Position numbers and translations under genes: made by a program. From Bacteroidales bacterium (GTDB lineage Bacteria; Bacteroidota; Bacteroidia; Bacteroidales; VadinHA17), in contig JANTHB010000001.1 of the NCBI GenBank assembly GCA_024762655.1, forward strand, positions 20,015 to 84,014: 64,000 nt of DNA, given 5' to 3'. Below are positions 1-10,164 of the stretch, piece after piece. Numbering within the stretch: position 1 is the stretch's first letter; every line of letters starts with the position of its first letter. Under the pieces are notes generated by a model. The model was not told the DNA's origin and made no database searches. It worked only from the letters and a program-made list of their open reading frames with translations.

Positions 1-80
1 GATAAAAATATAATAGGTTCTTTATAGAAATTTGATATCAGATTACCGATCAAAGAGAAAAAGGAGTAACTTATGCCCTT

Positions 81-920
81 ATGACAGTAGTGGCCGACAG
101 TGGATCAACCAAGACAGAATGGGCCCTTGTGAAGGATCCCGGGAATATTGTATTATTCAGGACTGCCGGTTACAATCCCTATTTTAATCAACAGGTAAGC
201 TGGAGCAAGGAAGTGGCCGACCGGTTGAGCCGGGAAGGGGTGGATCGCATCTATTATTATGGAGCAGGATGTGATGTGGATAATCACAGAAATAGGGTTA
301 AGAACGCACTGCTGGGAATTTTCCCATCGGCAAAAATAACCGTGGAGGACGATCTGACAGGTGCTGCCAGATCCTTGTTTGGCACAAAACGGGGAGTGAC
401 ATTAATTCTGGGAACAGGAACGAATGTGGGTTTATGGAACGGAGAAACCCTGATAAAAAGAAATCTCCCGTTGGGATATTTGCTTGGAGACCATGGTAGC
501 GGAGCCGTACTTGGCTTGCGGTTGGTGAAAGCATGGCTCGACAGGGAGTTAACTCCGCAAGTGAGTAAAGCGTTTGAAAATCAATATAAGGTGAATATAC
601 CCGTACTAAAAAATGAAATTTATCTGAAAGGTAAACCCAATTATTATCTGGCGGGATTTTCTCCTTTTTTAGGGAAACATCAAACGGATAAAACCATCTA
701 TTCCATTTTGGAGTCTGAATTTGGAAAACTGTTTGATATCCAAATAAAACCGTTGCTTTCTTCTCCTGATGATAAGATAAGAGCTACCGGGTCGGTGGCC
801 TATTATTTTCAGGATATCTTAAGAACCATAGCCGGAAAACGGGGTATGGAAATTGATAAAATTGTCCGTTATCCTCTGAAAGACCTGGTAGGGTTTCATT
901 TAAAGCACATGGAAACATAA
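81..920 (+). CDS. BadF/BadG/BcrA/BcrD-type ATPase (N-acetylglucosamine-kinase-like, ASKHA fold)
   Basis: 279-aa ORF. N-terminal ADSGSTKTEW phosphate-binding motif, then GTGTN and GDHGSG motifs typical of this kinase/ATPase family. Confidence 0.65.
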   Translation: MTVVADSGSTKTEWALVKDPGNIVLFRTAGYNPYFNQQVSWSKEVADRLSREGVDRIYYYGAGCDVDNHRNRVKNALLGIFPSAKITVEDDLTGAARSLFGTKRGVTLILGTGTNVGLWNGETLIKRNLPLGYLLGDHGSGAVLGLRLVKAWLDRELTPQVSKAFENQYKVNIPVLKNEIYLKGKPNYYLAGFSPFLGKHQTDKTIYSILESEFGKLFDIQIKPLLSSPDDKIRATGSVAYYFQDILRTIAGKRGMEIDKIVRYPLKDLVGFHLKHMET

Positions 921-1062
921 TATAACCCGACAAAAAAACACAGGATAGAGTTCGCATTTGTTCTGCGAGCTATGGCGGATAAAAGACACAGAGCCCAGGG
1001 CATAGCGAAATTTAAAATTTGCAGTAAAAACTAAGAACTAAGAACCTTAAAAACCAGGTATT

Positions 1063-2934
1063 ATGAATAAACAGGAGATTAAAAAATTTATCAGGACCAT
1101 AGAGCTTTTCAGGGGGCTAAATGATAAAGAGCTTTCTGTTGTAGCAGATGAACTTACAGCCCGCACCTATAAGGAAGGCGAATATCTGTTCAGGGAAAAT
1201 GATCCCCGGGAAAACATATTTGTAATTTATTCCGGTGAGGTTGAGTTGTTTAAATTTCTTACCAATGGTCAGGAAAAGAAACTTGTCTTTTTCCAGAGCG
1301 GGGATTTTCTTGGGGAGGGATCTCTTGCCGGGGATAGTGTTCATTCGACATCGGCACGTGCTATCGAGGATTCTGAGGTATTGATCCTTAACAGGGACTA
1401 TTTCTTGCAACATGGGAAAACAGCTATTAATATCTTTTCCAACATTATACGTGTCATATCGCGTAGGATGAAATATTCCAACGCCCGGATTTTGCATGCT
1501 GCCGCACAGTATGTATCCGGCAAGAAAAGGAAAGAGCATGATCTTTTGGGAGAGCGGGAGGTGCCCTATGAGAGTTATTTTGGGGTGCAGACTTTAAGGG
1601 CGATGGAAAATTTCAACATAACGGGGGTGACGTTAAGTTTTTATCCCGTTTTGATTGAGTCGTTAGCCATGGTGAAACTGGCTGCTGCCGAAGCCAATTA
1701 TGAGCTGGGGCTTCTGGAAGAGCCTGTTCATAGTGCCATTGTACAAGCATGTCGTGAGATCATCAAGGGGAAGTATCATCAGCATTTTGTGGTGGATATG
1801 ATCCAGGGGGGCGCCGGAACCTCTACCAATATGAATGCCAACGAAGTGATTGCCAACAGGGCCCTGGAGATAATGGGTCATGAAAAAGGAGAGTATCAGT
1901 ATTGTCATCCGAACAACCATGTAAACCTCTCCCAATCCACGAATGATGCATATCCCACTGCGGTAAAGCTGGCACTGATTTTCAGCAACCAAAGCCTGAT
2001 TATTATTCTCGAGGAGTTGGTGCAGGCGTTTCGTAAGAAAGCCGAAGAATTTTCGCAGGTGATCAAAATGGGCAGGACACAGTTACAGGATGCCGTTCCC
2101 ATGACTCTGGGGCAGTCTTTTGAGGCGTATGCTGCTACCCTGGAAGAAGAGATACAGCGGCTGAATGAGAATGTGGATCTGTTTCTGGAGATCAATATGG
2201 GAGGGACAGCCATAGGCACAGGGATCAATGCCGACCCGGATTATGCAAAAGTGGTTGTCAAATACCTGCGTAAGATTACAGGGCTGGAGGTGAAAACTGC
2301 CAAGAACCTGGTGGAGGCGACCCAGGACACCGGTGCTTTTATTATGTATTCTTCAGCCCTGAAGCGGCTTGCTATCAAGTTGTCTAAAATATCCAACGAC
2401 TTGCGTTTGCTTTCTTCCGGTCCGCGGGCGGGCCTGAATGAGATCAACTTGCCGGCCATGCAGCCGGGATCATCCATTATGCCGGGGAAAGTCAATCCGG
2501 TCATCCCCGAAGTAGTCAACCAGATTGCTTTTAAGGTAATCGGCAATGATCTTACTGTGAGCCTGGCCGGGGAAGCCGGACAACTTGAACTAAACGTTAT
2601 GGAACCGGTAATTGTGCAGAGTCTTTTTGAATCGCTTGAAATGTTGAAAAACGGCATGAAGACCTTCCGGGCTCGCTGTATTGAAGGAATCACCGCCAAT
2701 GAAAAACAATGCCGTGAGATGGTGCAAAACAGTATCGGTCTGGTGACAGCACTGAATCCTGTATTGGGATATGAAACCTCTTCTATGCTGGCCAAAGAGG
2801 CTGCAGAGACGAATAAGGGGGTTTATGAACTGGTGCTGGAGAAAAAACTCTTATCCAGGAAGGAGCTGGATGAGCTGCTTGCACCGGAGCATATGATTCA
2901 GCCGCATAAACTGAAAAAGCCAAAAGAAGAATAG
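1063..2934 (+). CDS. aspA: Cyclic-nucleotide-binding domain fused to aspartate ammonia-lyase (class II fumarase/aspartase family)
   Basis: 623-aa ORF. Residues ~1-150 look like a CAP-effector/cNMP-binding fold (FRGLNDKEL, GEYLFRENDP, FLGEGSL). Residues ~157-623 are aspartase-like (DLLGEREVP, QGGAGTSTNMNANEV, SQSTNDAYPT, signature QPGSSIMPGKVNPVIPEVVNQ). Confidence 0.85.
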   Translation: MNKQEIKKFIRTIELFRGLNDKELSVVADELTARTYKEGEYLFRENDPRENIFVIYSGEVELFKFLTNGQEKKLVFFQSGDFLGEGSLAGDSVHSTSARAIEDSEVLILNRDYFLQHGKTAINIFSNIIRVISRRMKYSNARILHAAAQYVSGKKRKEHDLLGEREVPYESYFGVQTLRAMENFNITGVTLSFYPVLIESLAMVKLAAAEANYELGLLEEPVHSAIVQACREIIKGKYHQHFVVDMIQGGAGTSTNMNANEVIANRALEIMGHEKGEYQYCHPNNHVNLSQSTNDAYPTAVKLALIFSNQSLIIILEELVQAFRKKAEEFSQVIKMGRTQLQDAVPMTLGQSFEAYAATLEEEIQRLNENVDLFLEINMGGTAIGTGINADPDYAKVVVKYLRKITGLEVKTAKNLVEATQDTGAFIMYSSALKRLAIKLSKISNDLRLLSSGPRAGLNEINLPAMQPGSSIMPGKVNPVIPEVVNQIAFKVIGNDLTVSLAGEAGQLELNVMEPVIVQSLFESLEMLKNGMKTFRARCIEGITANEKQCREMVQNSIGLVTALNPVLGYETSSMLAKEAAETNKGVYELVLEKKLLSRKELDELLAPEHMIQPHKLKKPKEE

Positions 2935-2940
2935 CATTTT

Positions 2941-3150
2941 TTACACTTCTTCTTCTTCCATGTTTTTCAGTATGCCGGTGACATCCTCGGAGGCTTTTCT
3001 TAGCTTCTTCTGGCAGAAACGAAGCAAATAGGCTGCCCTTTTGACTTTGCCGGTCAGTTCATCCACATCGGGTTCGTTGTTTTCAACCTCTGCCAGGATC
3101 TTCTCGAGTTCCGAAATAGCCTCGGAATACGTTGGTTGTTTTTTTGTCAT
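2941..3150 (-). CDS. xseB: Exodeoxyribonuclease VII small subunit
   Basis: 69-aa helical protein with the typical XseB N-terminus (YSEAISELEKILAEVEN). Size and composition fit, and xseA is on the same strand. Confidence 0.8.
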   Translation of the reverse strand: MTKKQPTYSEAISELEKILAEVENNEPDVDELTGKVKRAAYLLRFCQKKLRKASEDVTGILKNMEEEEV

Positions 3151-3154
3151 GGGA

Positions 3155-5104
3155 TTAGTTATTATCTTTTTTTTGCATTAATGAAAAACTGAAACAACTT
3201 CCTTTACCCGGTTTGCTTTCCACCAGCAATGTACTATGATGAAGCGCCAGCAGTTCTTTGCAGATAATAAGCCCCAGTCCGGTACCCTGCTCGCCGGAAG
3301 TTCCTTTCCTGGTGAAATGGTGCTCCAACACAAAGAGTTTATCAATTTCTTCTTTTGAAATACCGCATCCGGTATCACATACCGAGATGGTTACCTTATC
3401 GTTTTTCAGGGTGCCTTTAATTCTTACGGAACCTCCCTCCCCTGTATATTTGATTGCGTTATGGATCAGATTCTGAAGAATAACGGTAATCATTGAATCG
3501 TCTGCGTACACGATCATATTATCTTCTATGCTAATCGATAATGTTACTTTCTTTTTGTCAGCCATGAACTTGTAACTTTCAGTAACATCGCGAAGGATTT
3601 TGTTAACTTCCACATAGGATGGTACAAACTTGAATCGTCCGGTCTGGATCCTGGCCCATTGAAGCAAGTTCTCAAGAAGAAAATGAAGCTGTTTGGATGA
3701 TTGGTAAATGAATTCACTGTGACGCTTTATCTCTTTTCTGCTGTATTCCTGTATGTCTTCCGAAAGTAATCCGGCAAAACCAAGGAGTGCATTGAAAGGA
3801 TTGATCAGATCATGTGCCAGAATCATGAAAAGTTTATTCCTGACCTGATTCTCAAATTGTTGTTTCTCTTTTCTTTTTTTAAGCTCCGTATTGATTTTTT
3901 GAAGTTTTTTGTTGGCTTCAAGTAATTGACGGTGTGAGCGCCGTCTGATCATGTACACTGCAAACAATAGGATCAGCGTAACCAGGAAAAAGAAAAATAA
4001 CCCCTGAATGATGTGTTTATAAAAAATGTTTTTTTGGTAATACAAATCTTGAATTTCATTATTCTTTTTTAAGAAGTCCAGTTCTTTGATCTTGGATTCG
4101 GTATTGTACCTGATATCCAAAAGATTTTTTACCAGTTTGAAGTACTGATTCTGTAAAGAATCTTTTGATTCCAGGTATTTGTTAAAATATTGGTAAGCTT
4201 TCCGGGGGCTGTGTGTTTGATCATAATACCCGGACCATATCAAAAAGACCTCTTGTTTTAATTCTATATCCTCCAGGGACGAAGCACAGGAATCTCCTTT
4301 TGCAAGCAGGGATCTGACTTGATCCGTGTTCCCCGTTTCAAGAAAACAGTGAGCCAATTTTATCATTGACTTGCACGTGCTATGCTGTTTATGAGAGCGT
4401 TTAGCAAGCTGTAGGATCCTTTGAAGTACTTCCTGTTCTTTCAGATAGTTCCCTGTTTCCTCCCAAAGATCTGCTATATAAAATAAGGCTTTAATAATTC
4501 CGGAAGTATCCATTTCTTCCTGTAACACAGAAAGAGATTTGTTATAATCATTCAGAGCGGCCGTATAATTTTTAGTATTTTTTTCAAGCTCTCCTGTAAG
4601 AATCAGCAAAATATTTCCCCATTTTCTCTTGTTTAACCGAGATATGTATTTTCCGGAAAGGTCCAGATAATATCTGGCGGAGTCATATTGTTGTAACATG
4701 TTATAGGTTTGTCCGAGAAATAGGTAGGTGCTGGCCAGGTTATAGGTAAGGGTTGTATCTTTCAGAATATTTTTGCTTTTAAGATAAAATTCCAGAGCCG
4801 TATTATGGATATTAGCAAATGAGTAACTATTTCCAATCCTCAGATATGCGGTACTCATGGTCTTGACATCATCGGCTCTTGTAGCGAATTCAAGTGATAT
4901 GTATGCGTATTGTAAACTCAGCAGTATGTTGTTGTGCTTCATATATTGAATGGCCAAGAGGTTGGCCAGATGAGATTTTTCCTGGTCAGAAAGATTATGA
5001 CTGAGTTCTTTTTTCAGGCTGTCAATGACATGAGTCTGTCCGTAACCAGTATAGGGACATAGGATTATTAGTAACAGCAAGACTATGACAGCAACTTTCT
5101 TCAT
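3155..5104 (-). CDS. TPR-repeat sensor histidine kinase (no cognate response regulator nearby)
   Basis: 649 aa. Signal/TM N-terminus, TPR-like repeats, one TM (FFFFLVTLILLFAVYMI) and a coiled coil. H-box AHDLINPF; HATPase_c boxes NAIKYT, DTGCGI, GTGLGL. Confidence 0.85.
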   Translation of the reverse strand: MKKVAVIVLLLLIILCPYTGYGQTHVIDSLKKELSHNLSDQEKSHLANLLAIQYMKHNNILLSLQYAYISLEFATRADDVKTMSTAYLRIGNSYSFANIHNTALEFYLKSKNILKDTTLTYNLASTYLFLGQTYNMLQQYDSARYYLDLSGKYISRLNKRKWGNILLILTGELEKNTKNYTAALNDYNKSLSVLQEEMDTSGIIKALFYIADLWEETGNYLKEQEVLQRILQLAKRSHKQHSTCKSMIKLAHCFLETGNTDQVRSLLAKGDSCASSLEDIELKQEVFLIWSGYYDQTHSPRKAYQYFNKYLESKDSLQNQYFKLVKNLLDIRYNTESKIKELDFLKKNNEIQDLYYQKNIFYKHIIQGLFFFFLVTLILLFAVYMIRRRSHRQLLEANKKLQKINTELKKRKEKQQFENQVRNKLFMILAHDLINPFNALLGFAGLLSEDIQEYSRKEIKRHSEFIYQSSKQLHFLLENLLQWARIQTGRFKFVPSYVEVNKILRDVTESYKFMADKKKVTLSISIEDNMIVYADDSMITVILQNLIHNAIKYTGEGGSVRIKGTLKNDKVTISVCDTGCGISKEEIDKLFVLEHHFTRKGTSGEQGTGLGLIICKELLALHHSTLLVESKPGKGSCFSFSLMQKKDNN

Positions 5105-7056
5105 TTCCTTTTCCTATCGTGGGGTTTGGGTAAGGTGAAATAAAAAACCGTTCCTTTATCTTTCCGGCTGGATACATGGATTTTGCCCCCGTTTTTTTCC
5201 ACGAACTCCTTACAAAGGATAAGCCCCAGTCCGGTTCCTTCCTCATTTTGTGTTCCCCGGGTGGAAATAGCCGATTCAAGGGAGAATATTTTTTCTAACC
5301 TTACAGGATCAATGCCGGTCCCGTTATCTTCTACAGAGACCTCTACGAAATCTTTTTTTACTACGGCGTCAATTTTAACATATCCGTTAGTATTGGTAAA
5401 CTTAATGGCATTACTGACCAGGTTCCGGATGATGGCACTTACCAGTTCCCTGTCTGCATAAACGAGAATATTCTTATCGATATGATTCAATAAATGAATG
5501 CTCTTGAGCCGTGCGTTTTCCTTATAAAACGAAAGAATCTCATTGACAAGTTCCGACAGGTATATGTTTTCAGGATCATAATTGAGTCTGCCGGTTTGTG
5601 CCTGTGTCCATTTCAGTAAATTGCTTAGCAGGTTAAACAACCTCATGGCGGAGTCTTTGATCAGGGAAGCATATTTCTTAATGTCTTCATCGGACAACCG
5701 TTCCAGGTCGGTAACCAGCAGTTCAGATAAGCCCAAAATAGGTTGAAAAGGATTGATCAGATCGTGGGCTATGATGGAAAAAAACTTGTCTTTGGTTTGA
5801 TTCAGAGTTTTAAGTTCTTTTTCGGTTTCAAACAATCTGATATTGGCTTCTTCCAGAGATTTGTTGCGGAGATCCAACTCATTCTTTAACCTTTTTAACC
5901 TTTTGAAAGCCCATACTGTAAAAAGGACCAGGACAAATAAAAGAATAGAGAAAATACCCAATTCCAATACCCTTATTCTCCCCTTTTTAAGTTTTAGTTG
6001 TTTGATCAGTTGATTTTGCTTAAGCGTACGGATCTGATATTCCATAATTTGGGAGTCATAACTTTTTTGCATGCCCAGAATCTTGTCATAGGCATTTTTT
6101 TTACGGCTGGTATCCTGATAGGCTGATGCAATCTTCAGGTATTTATAGGCGTTTCCGTAATCCCGGATACTTTTGTAATACGCGGATAGATTCTTGTAGA
6201 ACCCTTGTAACACAGTGGAGTTGTAATAATTGTTCAATATCTCTTCCTCTTTTTGAAGGTAGCTGTAAGCTATGGCAGGTTCCTGAAGATCCAAATAAAG
6301 CTGCACCAGGTTGTTTAACAAGAGCGTTTTAGTAAATGTGTTATTCAGCGAGGCGGAAGTAGCAAGGGCTTTCTGATAATTTTTCAGTGCCCGGTTGTAA
6401 TGTTTCTGTTTATGGTAAATTTCTCCTATGTTCAGATATGCATCGGCAACAGACTGGAGGTCTTTCACTTTCTTATTATAATCAAGGGTTTTGTATCCCC
6501 AATATAGGGAGTTGGTCCAGTCATTTACCTTCTGATAGAAAATCATCATGTTATTGTAGTTGACACCGAGGTTTTTTGTAATCCCCAGTTTCTTTTTCAG
6601 CTCAATGGATTTTGTATTGTAATAGATGGATTTATTGTATTCCTGGAGAGCCATATACATTACGGCAAGGTTTGTGTAAGAGGAGGCTATTTCAGGCAGT
6701 TCATCCAGGTTCTCTCTGATCTTTAGGGACTGGATAATATAGAAAATGGCTTTTTCATAATTGTTCAGGTAATAATAGACGGTCCCGGCACGGTTATATG
6801 CTTCGGCAATCAGGTGCTTATTCCCCAGACTGTCTGCCAATGACAGAGCTTTTAGCGCATAATCCATACTGGAGGACAGAGAGGTGTTGATATACCTTTT
6901 TGCGATCTCGGAAAAAAGAACAACTCTTAGCGAATCTGAGCAGGTGCTTGCTTTTTGTATAAGACTGTCTATCTGCGAGGTGTTTGCATGGGACAAGATC
7001 AGCCCGTATAGGGAGAGAAAAGTAATAAGGGATATTTTTTTCAGTGAATGTCTCAT
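5101..7056 (-). CDS. TPR-repeat sensor histidine kinase, paralog of the downstream gene
   Basis: 651 aa with the same architecture. H-box AHDLINPF; boxes NAIKFT, DNGTGI, GTGLGL. Its stop overlaps the next kinase start by 4 nt. Confidence 0.85.
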   Translation of the reverse strand: MRHSLKKISLITFLSLYGLILSHANTSQIDSLIQKASTCSDSLRVVLFSEIAKRYINTSLSSSMDYALKALSLADSLGNKHLIAEAYNRAGTVYYYLNNYEKAIFYIIQSLKIRENLDELPEIASSYTNLAVMYMALQEYNKSIYYNTKSIELKKKLGITKNLGVNYNNMMIFYQKVNDWTNSLYWGYKTLDYNKKVKDLQSVADAYLNIGEIYHKQKHYNRALKNYQKALATSASLNNTFTKTLLLNNLVQLYLDLQEPAIAYSYLQKEEEILNNYYNSTVLQGFYKNLSAYYKSIRDYGNAYKYLKIASAYQDTSRKKNAYDKILGMQKSYDSQIMEYQIRTLKQNQLIKQLKLKKGRIRVLELGIFSILLFVLVLFTVWAFKRLKRLKNELDLRNKSLEEANIRLFETEKELKTLNQTKDKFFSIIAHDLINPFQPILGLSELLVTDLERLSDEDIKKYASLIKDSAMRLFNLLSNLLKWTQAQTGRLNYDPENIYLSELVNEILSFYKENARLKSIHLLNHIDKNILVYADRELVSAIIRNLVSNAIKFTNTNGYVKIDAVVKKDFVEVSVEDNGTGIDPVRLEKIFSLESAISTRGTQNEEGTGLGLILCKEFVEKNGGKIHVSSRKDKGTVFYFTLPKPHDRKRK

Positions 7057-7122
7057 GCCGGTTAAAAGGCTGTGTTTTCCTTATATTTATGCAAAAATAG
7101 GAAAAGTGTTTAATTATAACTA

Positions 7123-8496
7123 TTATTTTATGGTCTTGCTTTTGATCTCTCCTTCAAAAAGCTTTGTGTTCAGGAGCTCTCCCGGCCCGACATCCTTGGA
7201 TCGCTTCAGAGCGTGTCCCCGGAATCTTGTAATGGAATACCCTCGGCTTAAAACATTGACCGGGTCAAGATAGGAGAGACTCTTCCCCAGAATCGTCAAC
7301 TGATGTTTCCGGACCGTAAAATATTGTTTTGCCAACCGGGTCATCTCCGGGGTAAACATTTCTGTTTTCTGACGGTTCCATTCCAGATACTTTCCGGCTC
7401 CCTGTTCCAGCTCCCGGATGTATTTTGACAGTTGATGTTTTTTCCCCTGTAGGGTTTTTCCCGAGAGATAATACAGTTTTTGTTTGATGTTGTCCAGTTT
7501 TCTAACATGGCCTGAAAGGCGGTTCAAAAGTTGATTATTCATTTCATAGACAAAATGTCTGAGTTTATTGTTGCAGGTTGATATTTGTTTTTCTGCCATC
7601 TGAAAGATAATGCCGGCAGTTCCGATAACCTCTTCTTCAAAATTTCTTACTCTGTCGAGGATAAACTCTGCCACTGCTGTTGGAGTTTTCAGGTTGGTGT
7701 AAGCCACCAGGTCGGTAACGGTTTCATCCTTTTCGTGACCGATGCCGGTAAGAACCGGTAGCGGGAACTGGGCAATATGTTCAGCCAGCCGGTAGTTGTC
7801 GAAACTGCTCAGGTCGGCCTGGGAACCTCCTCCTCTTATAATGACGACAACATCAAAATCTTCTTCCCTTTCATAGATATTTTCCAGGGCCTCTATCAGC
7901 GTGTCTTCTACTTCCGGCCCCTGCATGATCGCCGGAAAAAGTGTATGGTTGAAGCGATATTTCCAGGGATTGTTGTTGAGCTGGTGAACAAAATCCTGAT
8001 AACCAGCGGCTGTTTCAGAGGAGATGATAGCGATATTTTGCGGCACCAACGGGAAGGGGAGGTTTTTGTTCATGGTAAGGATGCCTTCTTTTTGCAAGCG
8101 CTCAATGATCTCTTTACGTTTCAGCGCCATCTCTCCGACGGTATAAGCAGGGTCTATGTCTTTAATAGTCAGTGTGTATCCGTACACTTCATGGAATGTG
8201 ATTTCTGCTTGCACGAGTACTTTAAGTCCCGGGGCCAGGGGTCTGCCGGCGGTGGTCTCAAAGTAAGGCTTAAGCATCCTGAAAGTATAGGCCCAGATGG
8301 CTGCCCTGGCTTTTGCAGCAGGAAGATCGCTGTCGAGCTTCTTTTCAATGAGCTCCAGGTAACAATGTCCGCTGGCATTGATTTTTATTTCACTGATCTC
8401 GGCAACCACCCAGAGAGGTTGCGGAAACTTTTCTTCAAAGGTTTTCCTGATTCTGTGATTAAGCGCTGAGAGGGTCAGATATTCTTTTGTTTCCAC
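7123..8496 (-). CDS. xseA: Exodeoxyribonuclease VII large subunit
   Basis: 457 aa. N-terminal OB-fold region (LSALNHRIRKTFEEKFPQPLWVVAEISE), a central catalytic region (IIRGGGS) and a long C-terminal helical tail, as in XseA. Confidence 0.9.
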   Translation of the reverse strand: METKEYLTLSALNHRIRKTFEEKFPQPLWVVAEISEIKINASGHCYLELIEKKLDSDLPAAKARAAIWAYTFRMLKPYFETTAGRPLAPGLKVLVQAEITFHEVYGYTLTIKDIDPAYTVGEMALKRKEIIERLQKEGILTMNKNLPFPLVPQNIAIISSETAAGYQDFVHQLNNNPWKYRFNHTLFPAIMQGPEVEDTLIEALENIYEREEDFDVVVIIRGGGSQADLSSFDNYRLAEHIAQFPLPVLTGIGHEKDETVTDLVAYTNLKTPTAVAEFILDRVRNFEEEVIGTAGIIFQMAEKQISTCNNKLRHFVYEMNNQLLNRLSGHVRKLDNIKQKLYYLSGKTLQGKKHQLSKYIRELEQGAGKYLEWNRQKTEMFTPEMTRLAKQYFTVRKHQLTILGKSLSYLDPVNVLSRGYSITRFRGHALKRSKDVGPGELLNTKLFEGEIKSKTIK

Positions 8497-8498
8497 GG

Positions 8499-10163
8499 TT
8501 ATTTGATTTTTACAATTCTGATGTTTGCCCTGGTTTGCCCATTGATGACCTGCATGATATATCCTCCTGCCGGCAGGGTGCTTCCTGTCTCCGTTTGAAT
8601 GATTCTCATCCCTTGCTTTGTGTTGGCATAAATTTGTTCCAGAACTTTTCTTCCTGACAGGTCGAACAGTAATAGCTTAATAGATGCGGGTTCTTCGGCT
8701 TTTACGACGATTGTGAGATGATCCCTGAAAGGATTGGGATAAACCAGCAGGGGGGAGGGATGTCCCGAAAAATACCGGACCAGTTTTAAACGGGTATAGG
8801 CAATGAGGTAATTGGGTATGCCATAGCCGGTCAGATTGTCCGGCGACAGATAATGATCTGTGCTTTCCCGCACTGTGCGGATGATCTCTTGTGCGTTCAT
8901 TTCGGGGAAAGCCTGCCACAGACAGGCTGTCAGTCCGCTGATGAGGGGGGAGGAAAAAGAAGTTCCGCTTCCGCGTACTACGGTGCCGTTGGAGCCCTGT
9001 ATCAGAACGTTAACTCCCATGGCGCTGACATCCGGTTTGACACGGTTATCGGAAGATGGTCCGAAGGAGGTGAAGGATGCCGGATATTGAAGCGAGTCCA
9101 CTGCTCCGACAGCGAGGATACTGTCTGCGTCTGCAGGAGAGATAATATAATGCCAGACTTTGTTTCCTTCATTGCCTGCACTGACAACCACGATCATGCC
9201 GCGTCGTGCTGCCATCACAGCGGCTCTGGCAACCGTAGTTGTCCTGCCGTTCATGTCCTGATAGGAATAACTGAGAGTCGGGTTGTCGAAGAGAGAATAA
9301 CCCAGTGAGGAATGGATGATATCGGACCCTACGCTGTCGGCAAATTCGGCGCCGGCAGTCCAGTATTCCTCTTCCACCGGGTATTCACTGTACACATCTT
9401 CGGTACGCAGCAGCCAGTAATCAGCTCCGGGGGCAGACCCTCTTAGCTGCCCGGGAACAATGCCCGCCAGGATGCTTAGGACATTCATCCCGTGAGGATG
9501 ATCATCAAACACCTGGGGGTTATGTGCGATAAAATCCCAGGTACCCCTGATCTGCCCGTTCGACCACAGGGAATCAAAGGCCGGAAGAACGTCTGCATGA
9601 TAAAAACCGGCATCCAGAATGGAGATGAGCAACCCTTTTCCGGTAAAACCCATCCGGTGAAGGGTGTCGCCATGCAGCATGCGAAGCTGGACCGGAAAAA
9701 ACGAATCCCCTGCAGGGCTTTCGGGTTCGGTCCATTTTATTTGCTTCGATTTGACGGGATGATCCGGCTTGACCAGTCTTATCTCCCTGACAAAGGATAA
9801 CCATGTGAGCGTGTCAAGCAAAAGCGTATCTCCGCAGTAGGCCGTAACCGTATTGAACCATTTTGACCGGCAGACAATTTTCATACCCAGCGTACGCAGG
9901 CTGTCAATATATCTCTGAGAAACAGGCAGATCGTTATATGTGACAGGGATGTGACAGCGTGCCCGTCGCTGCAGAGAACGAGGGGATAAAAAAGCTTCGG
10001 GATGATCAATGCTGAAGGGAGTTCCTTCCTTATCGGCAAGAACGATGGTGTATATTCCGGCTTCCCGGCAATGTCCCTGCACGATGAAAACGAGAACAAA
10101 CAGAAACGTCAAAACCGATCTGAAGGTTGTATTCATGGGCAGGGGCCGGTGTAGGGTCAGCAT
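8499..10163 (-). CDS. Secreted S8 (subtilisin-like) serine peptidase with T9SS C-terminal sorting domain
   Basis: 554 aa. Catalytic triad contexts ILDAGF (Asp), HGMNVLS (His) and GTSFSSP (Ser). The C-terminal ~80 aa look like a Por/T9SS CTD (LLVYPNPFRDHLTIVV...). An alternative start lies at 10136 (MNTTFRSVL signal peptide). Confidence 0.85.
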   Translation of the reverse strand: MLTLHRPLPMNTTFRSVLTFLFVLVFIVQGHCREAGIYTIVLADKEGTPFSIDHPEAFLSPRSLQRRARCHIPVTYNDLPVSQRYIDSLRTLGMKIVCRSKWFNTVTAYCGDTLLLDTLTWLSFVREIRLVKPDHPVKSKQIKWTEPESPAGDSFFPVQLRMLHGDTLHRMGFTGKGLLISILDAGFYHADVLPAFDSLWSNGQIRGTWDFIAHNPQVFDDHPHGMNVLSILAGIVPGQLRGSAPGADYWLLRTEDVYSEYPVEEEYWTAGAEFADSVGSDIIHSSLGYSLFDNPTLSYSYQDMNGRTTTVARAAVMAARRGMIVVVSAGNEGNKVWHYIISPADADSILAVGAVDSLQYPASFTSFGPSSDNRVKPDVSAMGVNVLIQGSNGTVVRGSGTSFSSPLISGLTACLWQAFPEMNAQEIIRTVRESTDHYLSPDNLTGYGIPNYLIAYTRLKLVRYFSGHPSPLLVYPNPFRDHLTIVVKAEEPASIKLLLFDLSGRKVLEQIYANTKQGMRIIQTETGSTLPAGGYIMQVINGQTRANIRIVKIK

Positions 10164-10164
10164 A

